NCBI GenBank assembly: GCA_020057405.1
Contig: JAGVFW010000013.1
Location: forward strand, 1-64,000
DNA: 64,000 nt
Source: an archaeon
GTDB taxonomy: Archaea > Micrarchaeota > Micrarchaeia > Norongarragalinales > UBA97
Direction of reading: 5' to 3'
The notes under the pieces are model-generated. The model ran no database searches. It was not told the DNA's origin and worked only from the letters and a program-made list of their open reading frames with translations. The position numbers and the translations under genes are program-made. Of the stretch, positions 40,646 to 49,561 are shown in pieces (the first letter of the stretch is position 1; the number at the start of each line of letters is the position of its first letter).

Positions 40646-40656
40646 CCCCTGCGGCA
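40646..40656 (+). repeat. third, shorter copy of the tRNA-Phe 3' end (CCCCTGCGGCA)
   Basis: 11-bp match to the att core. Confidence 0.5.
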
Positions 40657-40738
40657 CCCTAATTTTCTTAGACGTTTAAGCGCCTGCGAACGCGGGTTTA
40701 ATAGGCGCGTCCGGCACTTGACCTCGGGGATAGTTTCT

Positions 40739-41038
40739 ATGTTTGGCCTTGACGAGTACGCGAAAAAGAAAGCCAAAGAAATAGAGGCAAAGCTCGCCCG
40801 AACGATAATGCTGGTTCAGGTGTTCGTCTTTGTCGCAGTTGCCTCGGTTGGCCTTCTTATTGGCTCTTTTTTCCTAGAGTCGGTTGAGCTAACTGAAATA
40901 GGCGTCGTCCTCGTAATTGCGGCAGCCGCTGCAGTTATGGTTGGCTCAAGGCTCTGGCGGATTTACAACGAGATAAAACAGGAAGCCCTCAGCTTCGTCG
41001 AAGACCAAAAAAGAAAGATTTCCGGGACGCAGAAGTAA
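40739..41038 (+). CDS. two-TM membrane protein
   Basis: Hydrophobic hairpin. Confidence 0.6.
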   Translation: MFGLDEYAKKKAKEIEAKLARTIMLVQVFVFVAVASVGLLIGSFFLESVELTEIGVVLVIAAAAAVMVGSRLWRIYNEIKQEALSFVEDQKRKISGTQK

Positions 41039-41141
41039 ACTACCCGCAACGCATTAGAAAATCGCCGCCCGTTATTTCTTCGGTTTTCGCTTGTGCGCCC
41101 CCTCCGACACCCTATTAACTTGCAGGGACTAAATTTCTTTT

Positions 41142-41363
41142 ATGAAACACGGATTCCGCAAGGTTTGGGAACTTGATGCCGATACTCCGTTTCTAGGACG
41201 GGCTGAAAAAGTCATCATAATAAATGACAAGAAGCTGCTTGAGGGCGCCGAACAATATAGAAAATTGAATTTGCGCAACTTCGAAGTCGACCTTTTGATT
41301 TCAGAAGCTCCGCAAACCCACCTGAATCAGATAGGCGAACTGCGCGGAAAGATTTACCCCTGA
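41142..41363 (+). CDS. hypothetical protein
   Basis: 73-aa ORF after a TATA-like sequence. Confidence 0.4.
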   Translation: MKHGFRKVWELDADTPFLGRAEKVIIINDKKLLEGAEQYRKLNLRNFEVDLLISEAPQTHLNQIGELRGKIYP

Positions 41364-41386
41364 GGCGATTCCGGTTACGCTTTGGC

Positions 41387-41797
41387 TTAGGGCGCGTGGC
41401 GGAGGATTTCGTGGTTTGCCGGCCGCTTGCCGCCCAATTCCTTTAGCGCCGTGACTGCTTCCTTTGGCACACCCTTGAGGACGATGTTGACGCGGTGAGG
41501 CAACGTTCCATCCTCGTCGTGCGTCTTTGCGACAAAATGGCGTGACTTGGAATCCCATTCGCGCACTTCAATATGGTGCACCGCAATGCCTGGTTTTTCG
41601 GTCCCGGGCCAATGGTCTTCGACAATTTTTTTCAGCTCTTGCTGCACGGAATTTCCGGAACCCTTAACGTTCATCTCGTGCTCGACGACTTTCCCGACTC
41701 CGTCAATGTCGAAAGAGAGCGTCCACGCGTTGTGGGGCTTCTCGTGCTTTAGCTCCATTACTTTTTTCCAAAACGCGACGTAAGGATTTGCCTTCAT
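41387..41797 (-). CDS. hypothetical protein
   Basis: 136-aa ORF. Confidence 0.5.
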   Translation of the reverse strand: MKANPYVAFWKKVMELKHEKPHNAWTLSFDIDGVGKVVEHEMNVKGSGNSVQQELKKIVEDHWPGTEKPGIAVHHIEVREWDSKSRHFVAKTHDEDGTLPHRVNIVLKGVPKEAVTALKELGGKRPANHEILRHAP

Positions 41798-41905
41798 TAA
41801 AAATCAACCCGAAGCACTAATGATTTGCAGCCATTAATAAAACAACAGCCGGACCATGACCCCTATTTCCGCAAGTTTAAATTCTGGCCCGCACTGCGTT
41901 TCCCG

Positions 41906-42373
41906 ATGGACCTGCTGCCGCAAGACGATTGGCTCAAGCTTGGCGCGAGCGTAGCCGCCTGCGAGGTTGCAGGGATTGCGGGGGCGGCGTTTATGGGGCC
42001 CGGCGTAACAGGATTGGCCATAGGCGTGGGGCTTGATTTCGTGACTCCCGACCTCGCCTTCGGCCCGCTCCTTACCGCACTCTACATCTTGATGGGCGTC
42101 GCGCTCTTTCTAGTCTGGAAGCGCGCTAGGCGACCGGGGTCGGGTAGGGCACTTGAGCTATTTGGCCTGCAGCTTGCGTTGGGCGTTATTTGGTCCGCAG
42201 TATTCTTCGGGCTAAAGTCGCCGGTAGGGGGGCTTGTTGTGATAATCTCCTTGCTGGCGACCACGCTGTTAACTATTGCCGAGTTCTGGCGCCTTGACGC
42301 GCGGGCTGGCGCGCTTCTCTTGCCTTACCTAGCGTGGGTCACCTTCGCTGCAGTGACAAACTATTTCGCGTGA
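41906..42373 (+). CDS. TspO/MBR family protein (divergent)
   Basis: LYILMGVA, LFGLQLAL, WSAVFFG, LLLPYLAWVTFA. Confidence 0.8.
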   Translation: MDLLPQDDWLKLGASVAACEVAGIAGAAFMGPGVTGLAIGVGLDFVTPDLAFGPLLTALYILMGVALFLVWKRARRPGSGRALELFGLQLALGVIWSAVFFGLKSPVGGLVVIISLLATTLLTIAEFWRLDARAGALLLPYLAWVTFAAVTNYFA

Positions 42374-42398
42374 GCTTAAAGCGCAGGGGGGGAAGCGG

Positions 42399-42659
42399 CT
42401 ACTCGTGCGAATCCTGAGTCCATGTTTCTTTAAATCTGCGCAGTAAAGCTGAGGCCCTCAAGCGGGTTATAGGAGTATACTGCACGGCGTGAAACCCGCC
42501 GATTTTTTTGTCGTGCTTGAGGTAAACGCCGTTAACTTCCTCCAAGTACGGCTCGTGGGTGGTTAAGCCGCCAACCGATACTACGTACTGTTTGCCGCCC
42601 TCCCGTTGGCGCATCAGGACGTAAGAGTTGGAAGTCACCAGCATCTGCTTTGGTTTCAC
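42399..42659 (-). CDS. hypothetical protein
   Basis: 86-aa ORF. Confidence 0.4.
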   Translation of the reverse strand: MKPKQMLVTSNSYVLMRQREGGKQYVVSVGGLTTHEPYLEEVNGVYLKHDKKIGGFHAVQYTPITRLRASALLRRFKETWTQDSHE

Positions 42660-42736
42660 AACCGGTTTTGAACGAACAAAGCTTAAAATCTCACCCGGTG
42701 CAACTGCTTTTATTGCCGGAGTGGGCTAAACTGTTT

Positions 42737-43213
42737 ATGACAGCGCAGGTACTGGTCCTTCTCGGCAGCGCGTCCGACAAGCCGGTCTTCGAGAAGGCTA
42801 AAACCGTTTTCGACGAGCTTGGCATAAAGTGGGAAGTGCACGTGGCAAGCGCGCACCGAACGCCACAAAAAGTGGTAAAACTAGTCGAGTCAAGCAAGGC
42901 TGACGTCTTCATCGGCATCGCCGGCCTTAGCGCGGCACTCCCCGGAGTCATTGCCGCGCACACTACAAAACCCGTAATCGGGGTGCCCGTTGACTCAAAG
43001 CTAGGTGGCCTTGATGCGCTCCTCTCGGCGGCGCAGTTGCCGCCTGGCATTCCGGTCGCAAGCGTCGGAATCGACAGGGGGGAAAACGCGGCCCTACTCG
43101 CCGCTGCAATGCTTGCCCTCAAGGAACCCGAACTAGGCGAAAAGCTCGCTAGCTATCGAAAGAAAATGCGCGAGAAAATTGAGGCCGACGACGAAAGCGC
43201 GCAAAAGTGGTAA
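42737..43213 (+). CDS. purE: N5-CAIR mutase / AIR carboxylase
   Basis: GSASD, ASAHRTP, AGLSAALPG, PVIGVP, GLDALLS. Confidence 0.95.
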   Translation: MTAQVLVLLGSASDKPVFEKAKTVFDELGIKWEVHVASAHRTPQKVVKLVESSKADVFIGIAGLSAALPGVIAAHTTKPVIGVPVDSKLGGLDALLSAAQLPPGIPVASVGIDRGENAALLAAAMLALKEPELGEKLASYRKKMREKIEADDESAQKW

Positions 43214-43252
43214 GTAACGAAATAAAGCTCGGCGCAACGCGCTTGAGAAAAC

Positions 43253-43966
43253 TTAGGCTTTCCGAATAATGTTGCCGCGGCCTTTCTTGATTTTCTTTAG
43301 CTTGCCTGCGGCCTCGAGAGAAGTTAGCACGAGGCTAACGCGCGCTTCCGACCAGTGGGGCAATGCCTTGCGCAGGTCCTTTTGGGTAATGAGGCCGCTT
43401 GAAGCGTCAAGCGCATTTAGCACGTCGCGCTCTTCCTCAAGCTCGAGCGCCCCGCCCGGTTCAGTGGCTTTTGCATCAGCTGGTTGGGGCGGATGTTTCT
43501 TTCGCCCGCGCAGGCGGTAGTACGCGCCAAGCACTATGGCCGCCAAGGCAACGCCTAAAAGGGCAAGCGGAACTGAGAAAGCGGAACCGCCGTCGACTCC
43601 CTCGCCCAAGTCGGGCAGGCCTCCGCCCGAGAGCTCGCCCAAAGACGCGTTTGCCGCCTGGCCCAAGCCAAGCTCGTCGATAAGCACCATGTCGAGACGG
43701 TAAGTGCCCGCGCGCTCAACAACGAGGGCTTGGGAGGCCGAGGCGTTCTCGCGCGAGGTGGCGGAGAGAAGGTAAGTGCCGGGGCCGACCTCGAAACGGT
43801 AAGAGCCGTTTGCCGCGACGACCTTTTGAACGGGCGTTGAGTTGACCTCGACTACCCCCGCCACGGGGCTAAAGGCATAGTCGTAAAGCGTGCCCTCAAC
43901 AACCGCGGCCGAGGCGGCGGCTGAGAACGCCGTCAACAACACGAGTGCAACGAATAGCTGTCTCAT
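43253..43966 (-). CDS. membrane-anchored wHTH regulator with extracellular beta-sandwich domain
   Basis: Signal peptide; NGSYRFEVGPGTY; TM; ITQKDLRK...SEARVSLVLTSLE...KKGRGN. Confidence 0.8.
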   Translation of the reverse strand: MRQLFVALVLLTAFSAAASAAVVEGTLYDYAFSPVAGVVEVNSTPVQKVVAANGSYRFEVGPGTYLLSATSRENASASQALVVERAGTYRLDMVLIDELGLGQAANASLGELSGGGLPDLGEGVDGGSAFSVPLALLGVALAAIVLGAYYRLRGRKKHPPQPADAKATEPGGALELEEERDVLNALDASSGLITQKDLRKALPHWSEARVSLVLTSLEAAGKLKKIKKGRGNIIRKA

Positions 43967-44148
43967 AACTTAGTTTTGCCCAAAGAGCGTTAATAAGCCT
44001 TGTTTTTTCCTTAGGCGGTGGGGTAAAGTTTTGCGAGGCCTACGCGGCCTGCCTAAAGCTTTGGCGCAAGTTTTTTTGAAAGATTGCTTATAAAGAAGGC
44101 TTGGCAGACTACTTACGCTCTGGTAATCCCGGGGCGGGTGATTGGATT

Positions 44149-45756
44149 ATGAAATTGTTTGGATTAGCTGTTTTGGGCATACTGCTCGCGGCCACGTTTG
44201 CCAGCTTTGCTTGGGCCAACGAGAATGGCGCACCTGACGTGACTGGTTCCGGAAGCGCGTTTGCAACGCCTAGCGCAGCTGCAACCGATGACAGTGGAAC
44301 TGAAGAAAATTGGAATGAAGCAACCAAGTGCATAGTTAGTACTAATGGCATTAAGACCGTGGCGGCAAACTGTGCGGTAAAGTACTGCAACCGGCCGGTC
44401 GCCAACATCCTTGACTTTGAAAAGTGCGTCAAAATCCGCGCGACCGCCTCTGACGGAGTATCGCCAGTACCGACAGCACTTGACGAGTCAAAGTGCGCAA
44501 AGCCCGTTGCCGACGCCAAGACCGCAGCACGCTGCGCCATGCGCGAATGCTACAAGCCCACCGCAAGCGCAACTGGCATCACGACCACAGCTGCTAATGT
44601 ACGCACTTGCATCGTAAAGGCCTGCGCCGACCTTACTGCAGACGAAACTGCGGCAAAGAACTGCGTTAGCGCCATACCGGCCCCGACTTCAATAAAGCCC
44701 CGGGCGACTTCCCGCGAGTACAGCAACTGCGGCAGGCCCGCATCCAGCGCGTCTGACGCCGTAAAGTGCGCCCGCCTTGTTCCCACCGCCGTTTCAGCCG
44801 TTAGCGTAACTGCTGTTGCAGACGCAATAACTTCCGCCTCGCAGGAACACGCAAGGTGCAAGCGACTTACGCCTTCATCGGAAAAGGAAACGTGCTTGAT
44901 AAAAGTCAAGGCAACCCTCGAGGATGCCAAGACACAGGCGACCGACGAAAGCATGGTGAAGGCAGGCCTGCGCTACGCAATGATTGCAAAGGCAATCGGC
45001 GTGAAGCTGACTGACGACGACGCGCCAACCAAGATTGACGCCGAAGTCACTGCCCGCGACGATGCTTACACAAAAGTTGACGGCGAGTACAAGCTGCGAC
45101 TTGACGCGCTAAAAGAATGGCGCTCCAAGAAACTCGCGGACTTATCTGACTCCGACCGCGGCAAATACCGCGAGGCAGTCAGCAACGTCGTGACCGGCCA
45201 CATCAAGCGCTTCGGTGCAGTTCTTGCCAAGCTCGAAGCGAAGGGTGTTGACGTGACTGACGTGAAGGCCAAGGTTGACGCGTGGCTTACCGCATGGAAC
45301 GCCGCGACGACCAAGGAAGCCAAGATGGCCGTAATCACGACTATCAACAGCGAATGGCCGGGCATTAGAGCTAGCCTGCAGGAAAAGTTCGAGCTTGCAA
45401 GCGCTGACGAGCTTGCGACCCGCGTTCTAAGCGTGGCCGCAACCGCCCGCGTGACTGCAGCCGGCGTTGACGTGCGCGGAGGCGACTCCAGCGCAATCAT
45501 CACCGCAGCAGCCCAGCTCGAAGGCATTGCAGCCAAGCTAAAGGCAGCCACCACGGTTGAGCAAGCCAAGGCCGCAAAGGCAGAACTCGAGCCCGCGCTT
45601 AGGGAACTGCGCCAGGCGGTGAAAACCGCTGTTGCAACAGTCACCGGCTCGGTGATTACCCCCGCCCCCGAGGCGAGTGTAACCGCCACTGCAGGCGCTG
45701 AGGCGACCGAAGAGCCCACTGCAGCTGCAACCGTCGTGGCCACCACGACTGCATAA
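44149..45756 (+). CDS. large secreted protein with Cys-pair repeats and a helical C-terminal region
   Basis: GGTGA SD; signal peptide; repeated C-x2-P-x9-C-like units; Ala-rich helices. Confidence 0.75.
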   Translation: MKLFGLAVLGILLAATFASFAWANENGAPDVTGSGSAFATPSAAATDDSGTEENWNEATKCIVSTNGIKTVAANCAVKYCNRPVANILDFEKCVKIRATASDGVSPVPTALDESKCAKPVADAKTAARCAMRECYKPTASATGITTTAANVRTCIVKACADLTADETAAKNCVSAIPAPTSIKPRATSREYSNCGRPASSASDAVKCARLVPTAVSAVSVTAVADAITSASQEHARCKRLTPSSEKETCLIKVKATLEDAKTQATDESMVKAGLRYAMIAKAIGVKLTDDDAPTKIDAEVTARDDAYTKVDGEYKLRLDALKEWRSKKLADLSDSDRGKYREAVSNVVTGHIKRFGAVLAKLEAKGVDVTDVKAKVDAWLTAWNAATTKEAKMAVITTINSEWPGIRASLQEKFELASADELATRVLSVAATARVTAAGVDVRGGDSSAIITAAAQLEGIAAKLKAATTVEQAKAAKAELEPALRELRQAVKTAVATVTGSVITPAPEASVTATAGAEATEEPTAAATVVATTTA

Positions 45757-45770
45757 ACACCCCCTTGAAT

Positions 45771-45808
45771 CCCCCGCTAGTTTTTTAGGCGGGGGGCAAA
45801 CCCTTTTT
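45771..45808 (+). terminator. hairpin plus T-tract
   Basis: CCCCCGC...GCGGGGG then CTTTTT. Confidence 0.5.
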
Positions 45809-45855
45809 ATTTATTAAAACGCTAGACTCCTGTAATCGATTTGGAGGTGCTTTGG

Positions 45856-46104
45856 TTGAAGGAACTGTTGATTGCCCTTTTACTCGGACTTTTGGTAGTA
45901 GGATGCGTTGCGCAAGGCGGGTCAAATGCCACGCCCACACCGTCTGCCACGCCTACGGTTGAGGCCACGCCGCCCGCACCGCCCGGAATTGACTCGAACG
46001 AAACGCAAAACGCGATTAACTCAGGATTAGAGGCAAGCCAAGCACAGCCGCCCGAAATTCCCGACGACTCGCTTGACATCACTGCAGGCGACCTCGGAGC
46101 GTAG
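45856..46104 (+). CDS. small lipoprotein
   Basis: GGAGGTG SD; lipobox VVGC; Pro/Thr linker. Confidence 0.65.
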   Translation: MKELLIALLLGLLVVGCVAQGGSNATPTPSATPTVEATPPAPPGIDSNETQNAINSGLEASQAQPPEIPDDSLDITAGDLGA

Positions 46105-46295
46105 ACAGCCGCTCCCGGCCCCTTCTTTTTTATTTCCCAATTACCCCAAAAATACAGGGGATTGTTTTTAGTGACTGAATTCGAGGCAACTGTTGCCGTA
46201 ATCATCGTGGCCCTCGCACTGCTGTGGCGCTGGTTTTGGCTCTACGGCAGGTAACCACCCGGCGTGATTAAAAACAAAACTGCAGAAGAGTATTT

Positions 46296-47924
46296 GTGAA
46301 ACTAATACCCGCAACCCTCGCCATCCTCCTTCTCTTGGGCGCAGTCGTTGCATTTGATTCAACAACGCCAAAGAACATTGGCACGGCCAAAGTGTTTTTG
46401 GAACTCAATTGGTCCGTCGGATTCCAAAACGGCCTGCCAAACACGTTTACCTTCAAAACATTCAGCTTCCCGACGACAAAAGCGCAAGTGGCTAGAGTGG
46501 AGGCCGGGGGAAGCCACCCCTTTGCCCAAAAGACCGACTCGTTTGGCAACAACCTGCTGGAATTCTCTTTTAGCCCCAAGCGTTCGACTGAAAACATGGT
46601 GGCGCGCGCTTCAGTCGATGTTGACTACGCCAATGCAGCCCCAATGACTGGAGGGGAAAAAGAGTACCTAGCGACTACCGACCTCACTAGAGTCAGCGCG
46701 GGCATCGCCGCCAAGGCACTTGGAATAAAGGCGGGAGCAAGTGGTGAAACCGACACAGTCGTTAGGATGACTGACTGGGTGCACAACCGCGTGCGCTACG
46801 ACGGCCCGGGATATGGAGCGAGCATCCAGAACGCCAACTGGGTGTTCGAAAACCAGGTGGGCACGTGCGACGAGTACAGCCACCTCCTAATCAGCATGCT
46901 CCGTTCGCTATCCATCCCCGCCAAGTTCGTGGCGGGATACGTCTGCAGCGTCAACTGCACTGAATCTGCCAACTGGGGACCCCACGCGTGGGTCGAGGCG
47001 TACGCCGACGGCAAGTGGGTTCCAGCCGACCCCACCTTTAACGAAGCCATACTGCTTGACGCAACGCACGTGAAATTCGCGCAAGGCGCCGACCAAAACG
47101 ACATCAAGGAATCGCTCTCGACAACGCCATTTGGCTACTCGCTTTCAAACGTGCGCGTCGACCGCGCGGCGACAATCGGGCTTGACGAAGCGGGGCCATT
47201 CCCCGCGCTCTTTGAACTCGAGGTAAGCGGGCCAAACACCACGTTGGGCGGCGGGGCGAGCGCGAACATCACCGCGCGCATCAAGTCAACTGCAAGTGAG
47301 CCAATCGCAGTGCCACTGTCGCTCTCGGCACCAGCCGAGACTAATGTCATCGGAGAGACTGACTCGCTCGTCTACTTGCTTCCCGGAAAAGAAATAACGC
47401 GCCAGTGGCAAGTCATACTCCCCAATCAGTTGCAGGACGGCTACACCTACAGTTTCCCAGCCAAGGTAAGCGCCCTTGGAGAAGAGCGCGAAATCACAAT
47501 CAAGGCGCAAACGGGAGGCCAGAGCGACTCGCCCGAGGGGCTCCACATGCTTGACATTGACCCACGGCTTGAAGCCGACGGCTCACTCGCAGTCAAGATC
47601 CAGTTTCTCAACACCGGACAGAAGGAAATACGAAACGCGAACGTCGTTCTCGACACAAACGCAGGCAAGGAAGAACAAACGCTCAACCTCGAAGTCGGCT
47701 CGCGCGGCTCACTCGAGTTCACGCTGCACCCGCAGGGGCTTACGACCGTGAGCGGCAGGATTACGGCTGACACTGGAACCTACAAAATCAGCCGGCCAAT
47801 ACTCGTTGACCTGCCCCAGCCAACGCCAACGCCGGGGCTCACCGAAACATTCTCCGACCAGACCATCTTCACGCTAATCAACGACTTCATTATCGGCGTG
47901 CTCAAGTTCCTCGGCATGGTCTGA
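46296..47924 (+). CDS. secreted transglutaminase-like protein with Ig-like domains
   Basis: GTCDEYS, HAWVE, DPT (Cys-His-Asp triad); signal peptide. Confidence 0.85.
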   Translation: MKLIPATLAILLLLGAVVAFDSTTPKNIGTAKVFLELNWSVGFQNGLPNTFTFKTFSFPTTKAQVARVEAGGSHPFAQKTDSFGNNLLEFSFSPKRSTENMVARASVDVDYANAAPMTGGEKEYLATTDLTRVSAGIAAKALGIKAGASGETDTVVRMTDWVHNRVRYDGPGYGASIQNANWVFENQVGTCDEYSHLLISMLRSLSIPAKFVAGYVCSVNCTESANWGPHAWVEAYADGKWVPADPTFNEAILLDATHVKFAQGADQNDIKESLSTTPFGYSLSNVRVDRAATIGLDEAGPFPALFELEVSGPNTTLGGGASANITARIKSTASEPIAVPLSLSAPAETNVIGETDSLVYLLPGKEITRQWQVILPNQLQDGYTYSFPAKVSALGEEREITIKAQTGGQSDSPEGLHMLDIDPRLEADGSLAVKIQFLNTGQKEIRNANVVLDTNAGKEEQTLNLEVGSRGSLEFTLHPQGLTTVSGRITADTGTYKISRPILVDLPQPTPTPGLTETFSDQTIFTLINDFIIGVLKFLGMV

Positions 47925-47989
47925 GACGCTGTCGTCCAATACTCATTTAAGCCTGTCGCGAGCCTAAAACTATTGAGAGCGACTACCAT

Positions 47990-48060
47990 GCGGCGGTGGT
48001 CCAATGGTAAGATATGGCCTTGCCAAGGCTAAGACCCGGGTCCGATTCCCGGCCGCCGCA
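47990..48060 (+). tRNA. tRNA-Gly(GCC)
   Basis: GCGGCGG/CCGCCGC; TGGCC-TTGCCAA-GGCTA; T-loop TCCGATT. Confidence 0.93.
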
Positions 48061-48069
48061 CCTCTCTTC

Positions 48070-48507
48070 TTATTTTCTCCTAAGTGCCTGGTAGTCCTTG
48101 ACTCCCTTTAGCCAGCCGCCTTGGAAACAACCGGCAGGGTTGAAGTTTTTGATCGAGACCCACTTGGACCTCCCGTGTTGCCCCGACAGCGCTATCTTCC
48201 CGCCCAAAAAAACCGCCAGGTAGCCAATGGCGAATATCCTCGCTTTTTTGCCCGTGCTTGCTTCCACCCGCTCGTGTCGCATGAACACAACGGGCTTTCC
48301 CAAGCGGTATCTTGCGGCGGGCCCCAGCTCCTCGCGCATTTTCCGCTCGAGAATCTTATCGAGTGGAATGTCAAACTCGTGACGCTGAATCCTGCCGCCA
48401 GGAATGTCCCAATCACCATAACTATCCTTGAAGATGAAAAACTTGTCGCCATGCTCGAGGAAAACCTTGACTGCCACAAAATACAAGTCACGTTCGGATG
48501 CGGTCAT
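48070..48507 (-). CDS. NUDIX hydrolase
   Basis: WDIPGGRI...LERKMREELG (variant Nudix box). Confidence 0.8.
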   Translation of the reverse strand: MTASERDLYFVAVKVFLEHGDKFFIFKDSYGDWDIPGGRIQRHEFDIPLDKILERKMREELGPAARYRLGKPVVFMRHERVEASTGKKARIFAIGYLAVFLGGKIALSGQHGRSKWVSIKNFNPAGCFQGGWLKGVKDYQALRRK

Positions 48508-48553
48508 GTCCAGCAAATTAGTGCAAGAACTCTTAAAAGCGGCAGGTGGGAAT

Positions 48554-48994
48554 TTAACCGGCACCGGTTATTTGCGCGCCGTTTGCAAGTCCAAGCTCCG
48601 CCGCCTTGCCGGCATTGACTTCAACCACGTACTTGGCGGCCCGCTTGGGATAGTGAATGGGGCACTCCTGCGGAGTGCAGGGACTCGCGTTTTCCCACGA
48701 GTCGACGACCGAATAGCTCGCGTCAAGAAAGACTATGTCAAGCGGGAACTGCATGTCCTTCATCCAAAAGCCCCGAAAGTCAAGAGTTTCAAACGAAAAG
48801 AGCATGCAGCAGTCGGGACACAAGTAAGAGTAGTTAGATAAGCCCGCCTCCCGCGCTTGGGAAGTCGAGGCGACCTCGCACTGCAGGGTGGCACCGGAAG
48901 GAGTGGAGAGCTGCACGGTCGGGTTCCTTGGGAGAAAGAACGCAATTGCGGCGACCGCGAGGACTAGCACGGCGATTGCAACGAGCTTTGTCAC
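48554..48994 (-). CDS. DUF192 family protein
   Basis: EVAST...REAGL, MLF, FWMKDMQFPLDIVF, YVVEVNAG. Confidence 0.88.
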   Translation of the reverse strand: MTKLVAIAVLVLAVAAIAFFLPRNPTVQLSTPSGATLQCEVASTSQAREAGLSNYSYLCPDCCMLFSFETLDFRGFWMKDMQFPLDIVFLDASYSVVDSWENASPCTPQECPIHYPKRAAKYVVEVNAGKAAELGLANGAQITGAG

Positions 48995-49006
48995 GCGGCA
49001 TCCCCC

Positions 49007-49333
49007 CTAGCGCACTGTCGCGCCGTCACTGATTTCATCTATGACAGTAAGAAGCGCAACCTTGCCGGCGCCGTCGTCGGCGGCCAAAAGCATGCCCTGG
49101 CTCTCGATGCCCCTAATTGTCCTCGGCTCGAGGTTGGCGACAACGACAACTAGCCTGCCCAAAAGCTCGTCGGGAGCGTAGTGCTCGGCCAATCCGGCAG
49201 CCAAAGTGCGTGTCTCGGCGCCGATGCGAACGGAGAGGCGGTAGAGCTTGTCGCTGCCCTCGACAGGCTCGCACTCGATTATCTTGCCCACACGCAGCTC
49301 CAGCTTCTTGAAGTCGTCAAAACTTGCAGACAT
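49007..49333 (-). CDS. tRNA-binding OB-fold protein (MetRS C-terminal/Trbp111/CsaA-like)
   Basis: FDDFKKLELRVGKI, NLEPR, SQGMLLA. Confidence 0.9.
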   Translation of the reverse strand: MSASFDDFKKLELRVGKIIECEPVEGSDKLYRLSVRIGAETRTLAAGLAEHYAPDELLGRLVVVVANLEPRTIRGIESQGMLLAADDGAGKVALLTVIDEISDGATVR

Positions 49334-49561
49334 GCCTAAACCCCCCCACAAACGCTTACATACGTCGCAACAACGGCTTAAAAACGCCGCGACGGCAAGC
49401 TGACGGCCACGTCATTCAGTGAATTTAATAGAACTATTAACAAATTAATAATAGCGGTGCATTTTTGCTTTTAAAGTGGGCCGGAGGAACGCAAGCGGCG
49501 CAAGGCAAGCTTTAAGGGACTTTAAAACAAGTGGCGACCAAATAATGTGGAGACGGTTTAG

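Noticed and set aside
45066-45746. Long antisense and alternative-frame ORFs (here, 3565..4284, 23182..23736 and many others)
   Set aside because: Shadows of well-supported genes in GC-rich coding sequence; no motifs
49380-49560. AT-rich intergenic stretch with TTAATA/TATTAA words
   Set aside because: Adequately explained by divergent TATA promoters; no clear structure
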